Source: the human T2T-CHM13v2.0 reference genome, Homo sapiens
Direction: 5' to 3' (one strand)
Assembly (NCBI RefSeq): GCF_009914755.1
Contig: NC_060930.1
Length of the DNA: 64,000 nt
The number at the start of each line of letters is the position of its first letter. The stretch's first letter is position 1. Made by a program: the position numbers and the translations under genes. Of this stretch, positions 18,431-29,935 are shown piece by piece. The notes under the pieces were generated by a model that saw only the letters and a program-made list of their open reading frames with translations, did not search any database and was not told the origin of the DNA.

Positions 18431-18901
18431 TTGTTTTTTAAATTGTATTTTTAATTGACAAATAATAATCAGATATATTCATGAGGTACAAGGTGATATT
18501 TTTATACATGTATACACTATGGAATGATTCTATCAAATAATTAACATATCTCACCTGTTTTTTGTAGTGAGAACATTTAAAATTTATTAGCAATTTTGAA
18601 ATACATGATTACATTATTATTAACTATGATCAAGATGCTGTGCAATAGATCTTATTCCTCCTGTCTGACTGAAACTCTGTTCCCTTTGGTCAATCTCTCC
18701 ATCCCCCATCCTCATCTCATCCCTACTCCCAGCCTCTGGTAACCACCATTCTAATCTCTACTTCTATAAGCTTAACTTTTTAAAGATTCCCCATATAAAA
18801 GAGATCATGCACTATTTGTTGTTGTTGTTTTTACAGAAATCCTGTCATTTATGGCAACATGGATGAACCTGGAGGAAATTATGCTCAGGAGAAGAAGCCA
18901 G
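18431..18901 (-). mobile_element. L1MA (about MA8-10) 3' end with 5' inversion
   Basis: Antisense L1MA 3'UTR ~18431-18820, then a sense L1 segment ~18836-18903; TSD gctcatctttt at 18420-18430 and 18902-18912. Confidence 0.85.
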
Positions 18902-18914
18902 GCTCATCTTTTCT

Positions 18915-19630
18915 CAGGCTATTCCATTACGGTTTCTGGCTCCTCCATTCCACCAACACTACTTCTGTCTCAGTTACTAGACAACTCTATGTTGCCATAT
19001 CCAAAAGTCTCATTTTTATTTCTCATCAACACTAGTACTGCTAAGCCCTTCCTCCTTCTTGAAACATGTTCCTCTTTTGACTCTGTGACAACTTCCTACT
19101 TTACTAGCCATTTCTTCTCAGTCTTCTTTGCTACCCCTTCTTCCCTTTAAATGTCAGTTTGTCTTGGTGCATGGTCTCAGCCCCTTCTCCTTTCTATATG
19201 TCTCTCTGGATAGTAGTCTGTCTCATTCTCAGAGCATTAAATGCTACCTATTTGCTGATTATTTCAAAATCTGCTGTTAAATTCCAGATATATGTGCCAA
19301 TGATATATTTTGGTGTCTTTACTTAGGCATCTAGAGGCATCTCATATTTAATATGTCCCCTTTCCTTCAAAACTACCCTTTCTCCAGCATTAACTTTTAC
19401 CCACCACCATCCTTGCAGCTGCTCAAGCCTAAAACATGAGTGTCCTCCTTGAACCTTCTCTGCTTCTCCATCTCCCACATCCAAACCATTATAAGTTCCA
19501 TCACCTCAATCTCCAGTATTTATCCTGAATCTGTGTACTTCTCTGTCCGGTTTTATTATCAACACCCCAATTCAAGCCACCATTATTTCCTACCTAGATT
19601 ATTGCAATACCCACCTGAGTGATCACCAGG
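18915..19630 (+). mobile_element. L2 (L2a-like) fragment, with further pieces at ~20113-20880
   Basis: CT-rich L2 text (ctccttcttgaaacatgttcctct; catctcatatttaatatgtcc; ctcccacatccaaacc). Confidence 0.7.
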
Positions 19631-19638
19631 TGACCACG

Positions 19639-20111
19639 TATATTAGTCAGGGTTCTCCAGAGAAGCAGAACCAATATGATATAGGCATGTATATACAGAA
19701 AGAAATGTACTGTAAGGAATTGGTTTACGCAAGTATGTGAGCTGACAATCCAAATACTATGGGGTGGGCTGGTGGGCTGGAGACCCAAAAGAATGAATGT
19801 TCCAGATTGAGTCTGAAGGCTGCCTGCAATAGAACTAGGAAGACTCGATGTTGCATATGAAGTCCAAAGATAGTCTGCTGAAGGTTTCTCTCTCGCTCAG
19901 GGAAGGCCGAGCTTTTTGTTCTATTCTGGCATTTAACTGATTGAGTGAGACCCATCAACATTTTGAGTAATCTGTTTTACTCAAAGTTCACTGATTTAAA
20001 TGTTAATCTCACCCATAAAATGCCTTCATGGAAACATCCAGAATAATGTTTAACCAAGTATCTGGACACCCTGCAGCCCTGCCAAATTGACACATAAAAT
20101 TAATTATCACA
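19639..20111 (-). mobile_element. MLT2 (ERVL) solo LTR
   Basis: TATATTAGTCAGGGTTCTCCAGAGAA...TTGACACATAAAATTAATTATCACA termini. Confidence 0.88.
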
Positions 20112-20193
20112 ACATACTTTCATTATTGCTCCTCTGTAATCCATCCTCAACCTAGCATCTAACTGTGAAGTCCCTATTTAAATCCCTTAATTA

Positions 20194-20268
20194 GGCCAAG
20201 CATGGTGGCTCACACTTGCAATCCCAGCACTTTCGGAGGCAAAGGCAGGTGGATCCCTTAAGCCCAGG
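20194..20268 (+). mobile_element. Alu 5' fragment (about first 75 nt), abruptly 3'-truncated
   Basis: ggccaagcatggtggctcacacttgcaatcccagcactttcggagg...agcccagg, then non-Alu sequence with no tail. Confidence 0.85.
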
Positions 20269-20881
20269 GATGCGCATGCAGTCAACTTTGAATAATAAGC
20301 GTATTCTAATACGTATAAAGCGTATTAGAATACGCAATTAGAATTCCATCTTACTATGAAAATTCATTCTGCAGTCACCTAGGAAGTTTGACATTGACTT
20401 CAGACAAAATCTTAGAATGTAATGCTTTCTTAATTAACAACTTTTATCAAATACTTAATAAGTTCCAGGCAGTGAGTTAGCTGCATGTGTTAGAATATCT
20501 CAGACTTACCATGTCCAAAACTGAACTCTTGAGTTTTCTCCCCAAAACTGTTTCCCCACAAGTCTTCTCCAACTCAGTGATTAAAAACTCCATTCACTCA
20601 GTTGCGTAAGAGAAATATTTCAGAGTATTCTTTGTCTCTGCTTTCTCTTATACTCAATATCTAATTATAAGCAAATCACCTTCAAAATATCCCACATCCA
20701 ATTACTTCTCATCACTTCCTTTTTGACCACCGTAGTTCATATGATACATTATTATCTCTTACCTGGATTATGCAACAGCCAGCTAAATAGTCTCCTTGTT
20801 CTTACTTTTAAACTCCCTAGTGTCTATCTTCCACATATGTCAGATCATATTCTTGTCTATTCAGAAACTTCCAGTGACTTC

Positions 20882-21466
20882 TGTAGGGAGGGAGATTAAA
20901 ACCTTTTTTTTTTTTACCTTCTTAGGTTCAGTGGCTTGGGCCTGTGAATTACACTTCAAAAAGACAGATCAACAGGAAAAAAGGACCCCAGAATTTATTT
21001 ATGCATGCAATGTACATATATATAGAAGAACTCAATGATGGGTAACTCAAAGGCGTGATTAGAATTTGTAACTTATATACCATCTTAAGAAAGAAAGATA
21101 AGTTTGTGGAGAACTGACAAAACTAAAGAAAAGGGGTTTAGGCTTCCAGGAACAGTAAATTGTGGGAAAGTAAATATATAAAGGGAAACTAATGGAAGAT
21201 AAGGATTATTTTAGTAAGGTTTGTTTGTGTAGACCAATGTTGGTGCTGACATTCCAACTTCAGTAATAATGGTTGTTTTCCTCTTTGTGATATGGGAGAA
21301 GGAAGGAGGAACACCTTCACAAAGGGACATTCATGTTCTGCTTTTAGGCAAATCAGGGGAGGACAAAGAGCTCTTTCTGTGTTTGCTGCTTCCTAATTGC
21401 CTTCAGCTCAAAATAATCATTATGCCAATGTAGCATATATGGGGTGGCATATCTTGATCCCCTTCA
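20882..21466 (-). mobile_element. MER34-family (ERV1) solo LTR
   Basis: Reverse complement begins TGAAGGGGATCAAGATATGCCACCCCATATATGCTACATTGGCATAATGATTATTTTGAGCTGAAGGCAA, matching the remembered MER34 5' end; TG...CA termini. Confidence 0.8.
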
Positions 21467-22108
21467 CTAGTTTATCTTACAAAGCCTGTTCTATTGCTCA
21501 CAAGGTACATAACTTGGCCTACTGCATTCTCTTAAAAAGAGAAAAATGAGAAGCTATCTCTTCTCTCATGTTAGGAAAGAGGTTGGGTGGGGGAGGGGCG
21601 GTTTGTGAGATCAGGGAGTTGAGTGGTTTCCAAGAGAAGCTGTGTACCCTGCCCCTCAGATAGAGGCCCAGGAAGGCGGCAAGCCCACAAAGAGAGAAGG
21701 GCTGCTTGGAGGGGGCCAGGCTTATGAAGACTGTGATAGGCCATCAAGGGAATCAAGAAAGAGCCTGAAAGAGCCTCACTTACCAGACTGACATTCTATG
21801 TGGACCAACGGCCAGCGACCAAAAAGGTTGATATCTACTGACACAAGTAAGCCAAAGACCACTTTCTTCTACCCTCTCTGCTGAAGAAAGCAAGAAACTT
21901 GATGAAACAGGAGGACTTGGATTAAGGCAGAATGAAACATAAACATATAAATTTCCAATTGGGTTGAATTATTTACAAATATATATTTATTAATCTACTT
22001 GATTTGTAGAATAAAATTTATATATACTCCCTGGCACACAGAAGGTCATTATAGTTACTATTCCTGCTATATTTTATTTCATGTGTATGTCCATCTCTTT
22101 TTGGTTAA

Positions 22109-22283
22109 TCTGATGCTTAATTGTATGTGTCAACTTGGCTTGGCCACGGTGTTCAGATATTTGGTCAAACATTATTTTGCATATGTCTGTGAAGGTGTTT
22201 CTTGGATGAGATTAACATTTGAATCACTGGACTTTGCATAATGCCCTCTAGGTTCATCCATGTTGTCACAAATCACAGAATTT
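22109..22283. mobile_element. Duplicated MLT2 5' end plus antisense L1MA junction fragment
   Basis: Paralogous to 23318-23489 (see findings). Confidence 0.85.
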
Positions 22284-22299
22284 GTGTTGCTGAAACAAT

Positions 22300-22750
22300 T
22301 TTTTGCTGCTCAAAAAGTCAACACTAATTTTTATTTACACAACAGTAATATCCAGTTCAGGAATGGTAAGAATCTCACTGTCATCAGGGCTGAGGTTTGA
22401 AATCCACTTTGAGTACATTGCAAAGAGGGCTGACGTTGACTCACATGCACACAGGAAAGGGCAAGTCACATGTGTGGTGAGGAGCCAGACACTGAATGGT
22501 TAAAATAACTAGGGCTGTCAAAACTGAATGAAGGAAGGCTGAACAGAGAGATGATAACTGTCTTCAGATATTTGAAAGGCTTATTGTGGATGACAGAATG
22601 TGCTTGTTCTGAATGGGAGTTGAAAGCATGAATGTTTGATTCAACCCACAGAAAGAGGAAGCTTCTCACAGTTGAGTGTGCATCAATGTTAAGGGATTCA
22701 AACAGATGTTCAATATTCATTTTGTCTGGAATGTTGTCAGAGGATTCCTG
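22300..22750 (+). mobile_element. CR1/L3 LINE fragment
   Basis: gatgataactgtcttcagatatttgaaaggct is a characteristic CR1/L3 3' motif; limits approximate. Confidence 0.55.
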
Positions 22751-23317
22751 TATGTAGAGGAATGTGGTCTTGGCACTTTTCAGTTTAGGATAATGATAAT
22801 AGGTCGGGCAGAGACAACTAATATTAGCAAATTTCAGGAAATATGCTGAGTGCTTCATGTCATTAGAATGTCTAATGACATCAGAATGTCTCACTGAATC
22901 TGCCTAACAGCTCTACGAGTTAAACACTATAAGTATTATTATTCTTATTTTACAAATCAAGCTTAGTTTACATAGTAAACTGCCAGAGTTCACAATGCTG
23001 AGAAATCACAGGGTCAAGTTTAGAATCCAGGTCTATTGCATTAAAAGACTATGTACTTTCCACTATACACTCCATTTTCCTAACATGCTTTTTCAAAAGA
23101 AAAGAACAAATTCTTAGTTTGAGGACAAAACTGTCAAAATATACAGATTTTATTAACAAACTGACCAATGAAAGGCACTGATTCATTGAAATATTTTAGC
23201 TATGATTCTGATCATATATTAATTTCAATGCATAAAATTATGAACATTTTAACATATAATAATGGCACGTGTGAAAACTACTATCTTCTTGATGTATGTC
23301 CATTTTTTTTCGGTTAA

Positions 23318-24553
<1,236 letters not shown>

Positions 24554-24624
24554 AGTTATTTATATTTATTTGCTCTTATGTTTCCAGGTTTCTTCTAACT
24601 TTAAAATTCTATGACTGGAACAAA

Positions 24625-24780
24625 TACATATGTGAACTTGGAAGTAGATCTTTCCCCTGTCCAGCCTTCAGATCAGACCACAGCCTTAGTCACCACTCCA
24701 ATTGTGGCCTCCTGAGAGACACTGAGCTAAGGGCATCCAGGTTCTTGACCCACAAACTGTGAAATACATGTTGCTTTTAA
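24625..24780 (+). mobile_element. MLT1 (E/F-like) LTR 3' fragment
   Basis: gtgaacttggaagtagatc..ccagccttcagat..cctgagagacactgagc..cttgacccacaaactgtgaaata. Confidence 0.6.
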
Positions 24781-26377
24781 AAAATTCCAAGAGTGGCCCT
24801 TAAATTTCTTTGGGACTATACCGTGTAATAGCGACTGACTCAAAAGGGTAGTCTGGAAACCTAATCTTAGCCCCTGGTCACCTCTAGCTAGTGTGCACAG
24901 ACCTCAGATCTTGTCAGTCTCATTTCCCTACCTGTTAACGTGAGACAGTTGGGCAGAAGAACTTTAGCTTCCCTTAAATGCTACAACTCAGCGTCTCTAT
25001 TAATCATACCGTTTATTCATCAAAATGAATACTGATAAAAATGACAAGTAGAACACACCCTAGATGTTCAGGCCTCTGGAATTGGTGGCAGCGTTCCAGC
25101 TTCCTTTCTGCCTGTAACTGTGAGTAAGTCCTGCTTTACCTCCTTCCCACCCCCCGCACCCACCAACAGCTCTCTATCATAAGCTAATCAGCTTGAAATA
25201 ATTGTTAGGGCACTTCTGTGTATGGCCTGTGCATGTGCCAGTGTGTACACCGTGCAAGCTGAGCTGTTGAGGTTCTGGATGTGCATACAGCCCTGGCACC
25301 GGAAGGTTTGCCTCTAGCATTTTGTGGACTAACTCTGGCAGTACACAATGGGAAGAAAACCTCTTTCCAAGTGTGAGCCCTTCTCTCTTCTCATTCCCAA
25401 GGAGGTGTGTCCAGATCCCTTTGCCAGACAGCTACTTTACAGGAGCATTGGAGAGCAGGCAGCTAACTTTCCCCAACAAGCAGCTGGATTTACGTTGGCA
25501 AATCAATCCCTCTCAATAAAATGTTATGTGACCATCTTCCCAGCCCCCCGTTAAAATCCCTTCATTTTTTCGAGCAAGCGAACTAGTCAGAGAAGACAGA
25601 AAAGTTAAGTAAAGAAAGTGGCAGAAAAGTGAAGCAAAGCAACAGCCCGGGAGCGTGGCGGGGGGACCCGCGCGGGGACTCGGGTAGGCTGCAAACGCTG
25701 GGGAGATGCCACAGGAGCGCCTGCCTTCCCAGCTTCTCCTTTCTCTCGCCGAGGGTCTCTGGGGTTCAGCGCTCCCGGCGTTTCGGCGACCTCCGGGTCC
25801 GCCCTGTCCCCTCCCAGCTGGGGAGCTGAGCCCGGCTCTGCGCCCATCGCCGACCCCGGCCACTCTCCCTTCGCTGCTCGCTCCAAAAGCGCCTGTCCCG
25901 CCCCGCGGGGCGACTTCTCCCTTTCGGCCCTGGGGTTGAAGATCCTGTGTGGGGCAGCTGCGCCTTCGGGACAGCCCCAGCCGCGGAGCGCCCAGACCAG
26001 GGCAGCCGGAGTCGGGTCATACGCCGCACGCCGCCGGGGCCGCCGCACCTGAGCCCAGCTCCAGTCACGCCGGAAGCGCGGGCGGAGCGCACGGGTCCGG
26101 GGAGAGTCGCCTGCGCCCGCGAGGGGGACCCAAGTACCTAGGGTGGTGGCCGAGTCCCGCCTCCCGCCAGCGGGGGCGAGGACCTGCGACGCGCACCCCT
26201 GCCTGGCCCGGTCTCCTCAGCACCAGCCCCACGCACACCCTACTTCCTCAGCTTCTCGCCCTCACCCTGCCAACTTCCCTGCGAGGAGGGACCTGCCGCC
26301 AGCCTGCTTCCTCGTCCGCAGGCCCTGCGCTGAACGCTGCCGCGCCCAGGGTTCACCTTGCGCCGTCGGGAAAGCCC

Positions 26378-26401
26378 ATGAACTCTCCAGAAACGGCGTA
26401 A
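26378..26401 (+). promoter_or_regulatory. uORF1 (MNSPETA*)
   Basis: ATG 26378, TAA 26399-26401; weak context cccATGa; the ORF is read directly, translation is unproven. Confidence 0.6.
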
Positions 26402-26487
26402 AGGAGGGTCCCGCCGCGGCGCAGGGCTGGGGCGCCTGGGTTCCCCCTGGGTGGAGCAGCGGCAGCAGAGCGGGAAAGTGGTGGAGG

Positions 26488-26523
26488 ATGATCTTGCGGC
26501 CAAAGGGGACCTCGGCGCAGTAA
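26488..26523 (+). promoter_or_regulatory. uORF2 (MILRPKGTSAQ*)
   Basis: aggATGa (A at -3), TAA 26521-26523. Confidence 0.6.
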
Positions 26524-26532
26524 TGTCAACAT
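26523..26532 (+). promoter_or_regulatory. uORF3 (MST*), stop codon completed by splicing (T26532 + GA 33745-33746)
   Basis: ATG TCA ACA T|GA in the spliced mRNA; G at -3. Confidence 0.6.
26531..26532 (+). CDS. ADGRG6: ADGRG6 CDS part 1: 'AT' of the split initiation codon
   Basis: AT + G(33745) gives ATG followed by ATG TTT CGC = MMFR, the known N-terminus. Confidence 0.88.
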
Positions 26533-29454
26533 GTAAGTCTCACCTTTCAGCTTGGAATTCCTTCACTCTTTTATCTGTGTCCACCTTCTGTCGCCCCCTC
26601 CCCGACCACCCCACCCTCAAGAGAAATGATTTTATAAGGACTTCAACTGCACGGAGGGAATAAACCGGTTTGTCTTCAGTTTGCCCCTCGAGGCACTGAG
26701 GAGTAGGACTATTGCCAAGTGGAGTTGTGACATGTGTGTGTGGCTGTTTTTTTTCCCCCAGCGAGGTAAACCTCACATTTGGGCGGTGTAAAGCCTAATA
26801 AGAAGGGCAGGGCTTCAAGAATGGGGAAAACGTGTTTTCAATTCAAATTAAACAAGGAGTAACAGGCACCGCTCCTCAGTCCAGAGGCCTGGCCCTGCCA
26901 AGAAGGCGCTCTCCGGAATCAACACCTGGGGGCTTGGAAGGTACTAGTATGCCGAGAAAATGTTGACTTTACACATTGTCACCATTGACTGTAGAAGTTA
27001 TTCTTGGATCTTTGGGGTGTTTGAATTTTTTTAAGGTGTGCAGAAAATGTTTTCAGTGTGCTTTGTAGTTTAGGAAGTAATTAAGGGTTACGCCACGTTA
27101 CGTGATAGGATTTGAGGGGACTTCCATAGACTTATGGGGGGCGTGGGGAATTGGGGCATTGAAACAGAGAAACCTAAAAGGTTTTGCCTCCATAGAATTG
27201 TCATCCTAATGGTGAGGTGGCGCACAGCGACCCCATGAAAGGGTCGCCAAGCACCGTCTGGCTTTCCAGAATGGGAAAAGGAAGATTGTACTCCAAAGGG
27301 CCAAGCTTATTTTTGTGGCCAACTAAGAAGTTTCTTTTTCTTGTAATAGGTAATTTTCCTTCTGATGTTTTAGTTAATCTTGGACGGACACCGTGACAGA
27401 CATTTTATCCCCTTCCACTAACTCATGTACAACAATTTCTAGAACTTGGTACTTAACACTCCTTCCCCCAACTCCTGGATCTTACATGAATTTACTCTTT
27501 CAGTTCAGTACATGGGGAAAGACCTGCCCCCTAGGTCCTGTTTTTCCACACTTTCCTGCACTTTCCATTCCCTACTTCCCCACTCCCCAACACACATTTT
27601 AAAATAGGAGAAAGAAAGGATAGTGCCCACAAGCCTAGCACTCTGTAACTCTGTTCCAGGTACTGTGAGATGTAATCAGAAATGAACCACTTATTTTTAC
27701 TGAAACTGCATGTGAAATAATTCCACACCTGGGAGTTTTAAAGTTTCATTTATGCCAGTGGAATCGGCAAGGTACAACTTGAAAAAATTTATTTTGGGAT
27801 ACAGCCAGCATTTTCATATAAGACTTGTTCTCATATACAGGCTACACATTTTGAAGTAATATGAGCTTGTTTTCAACTTCAGTTTTTCTTGAAAATATAC
27901 TAGGGATTTTACAGCAGGTATTTGCCCAGTTTTTTTCAGCTTTCCTAAGCATTTAGATCTTATGAGAAAAAAAGCATATTACACATGAAAGTATAAATAC
28001 CTGTTTTTAAAATAAAAGATGTTAAACTTATCAACAGGTAATGTAAAAATTTCCTGATCATGAAATTAAGTTATATAGTCCATTTGAATTCTTCGTGATT
28101 AAAAAATCATGTCATTATAGGGTAAAAGCGTGAATATGAAATCACATAGAAAATAGGGCTTGATACCTAGATTTGAGATTCTTTTTTGAGCTATTTTGAC
28201 TGAAAGTTTTCATTTTTTACCAGATGGTAAGTATATTTTTTTCCATTTTGCTATTTACGATTCATATGGAGTGGTTTAGGATGGCCTGATTCTTTTTAGG
28301 TATTGGTTTGTTAGAATATATGGAAAGAATTACCAACCTTTCCAAGATTAATATTCTTACTATCTTGTTGAAAAATGTTAAAATGGGTAACATAAGCTAT
28401 ATTATCCTTTAAATTTTAATAGATTCAAGTTCAGAAACTACTTAAGTGTATTTTCTGCCTCCTCCTTGTGGAGAAAGTGTATTTGTATATTGTTATACTC
28501 AGGTTCTTTAATTATAGACTTTACGAATATATTTGGGAGTTGTAGTGACTGCATATTTTTCATACCCTAAGAAATTTAGCAGATGTAGCAAGACTTGCAT
28601 TAATTCGTCTCAAGCTGCATGAAGCTACTGTTCCATTTATGGCTTATATAAATTACATGACATTGTGCTTTTTCAATATGAATGGTGAATAAGGCTATTG
28701 TCTCTTGGCTTATGGGAAATATTAGAAGCCTGTAGTTTTGTAGCCTAACTGGACACATGACTCTGAAGTCTGGAAATAATGATTTGAAAGAGAATTAGTT
28801 TACATATTAAAAATAAACTAATAACTGCTTTTTAAAACCTGACTATTTTTCTAATGGCCTATATATCTTACAGAGTTTACGTTTCTGATGGGATGATTTT
28901 TAATCAAAAGTTTCTACAGTCTATTTAGAATTTAGACTAAATGGAAAAGACTTTGTTCAATGTTTGTGGTATGCATGGGCAAAAACTGTATCTTTCCATT
29001 TTCATTTCTAATTGGATGAGATTATTATCTACATTGGATGATGTTAAGATGCATACTAATTGACAGGGGTGGTGCCATATAAAGGATATATTGATCAAAA
29101 AATGTGGCTACCTGAGTGTCATGTTACTTTCCATTATAAGCATTACTTGAAATGGAATTATCTGGAATGCCTTAAAAAAAAGCTTCAAGATCCATTTATT
29201 TAAAACAGAGCAAATATGACAAAAGTTTAACATATTTAAAATAAGTCGTTAAGAAATCACAAATCAATGAAGAAAATATGTATATTTGTAATAGAAAACC
29301 ATACAAATGACTTGAACATGACAATCCAAATAAAGGAAATTCAAATGAGATGCAACTTCTTTTATCAAAGTGACAGGGATTAAAGCAATAATACTCAATA
29401 GTGAGGAGAGGGCCGTGACATGAAAACAGTGATATGTTTCAATGTAAATGTGAA

Positions 29455-29628
29455 TTTTTTAACTCTTTTAGAAATCATTTTAAATCTACAGGACGTTTTC
29501 AAAAATAAAAGTTATGCAAAGAACACACCTCTATACCTTTTACCCAGAATCACCTATTCTAATTATTGGCCCCATTTGTTTAATCATTCCCGTTCCTCCT
29601 TTCCTGCCCCCCCCCACGAGCCCCTCCT

Positions 29629-29671
<43 letters not shown>

Positions 29672-29935
29672 TTTTTTCTGAACCATCTGAGAACAAGTTG
29701 TATGCATAAGGGCTTAAGAGTTTAATTTTTCAATTGAAATTTTAAAGATATTTCTAACTTTAAATATAGTTGCCAAAAAATAGAGATCCTGTATACCTTT
29801 GACCCAGTTCCCCCAATGGTAGCATTTGGAAAACCTGTAGTACAATATTAAAACAAGTATATTGACACAATTTACTTCTCTTTTTCAGATTTCCCAAGCT
29901 TTATGTGTAGTCATTCTTGTGTACCTATGTATGTA
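29455..29935 (-). mobile_element. Old L1MC/MD 3'-end fragments (two pieces)
   Basis: tatacctttt/tgacccag, ttcccccaatggtagcattt, gtagtacaatatt motifs. Confidence 0.6.
29631..29669 (+). repeat. (AC)~19 microsatellite in intron 1
   Basis: Read directly. Confidence 0.97.

Larger units (their letters stand above)
26060..26532 (+). other. ADGRG6: ADGRG6 exon 1 (5'UTR plus first two coding bases); the 5' boundary/TSS is only approximate (~26050-26210)
   Basis: 3' end fixed by donor CAT|GTAAGT (intron starts 26533); the TSS cannot be read from sequence. Confidence 0.8.
25640..26560 (+). promoter_or_regulatory. ADGRG6: CpG island promoter of ADGRG6 (no obvious TATA box)
   Basis: Only GC- and CpG-dense kilobase in the window; ETS motif CCGGAAG 26070-26076, GC box GGGCGG 26080-26085, EGR-type GCGGGGGCG 26170-26178; ends at a consensus splice donor. 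Confidence 0.92.

Noticed and set aside
25513-26503. Several overlapping 64-150 aa ORFs on both strands
   Set aside because: Expected from stop-codon scarcity in a CpG island; Pro/Ala/Arg/Gly-rich with no recognisable domain. A divergent antisense RNA is plausible but cannot be shown from sequence.
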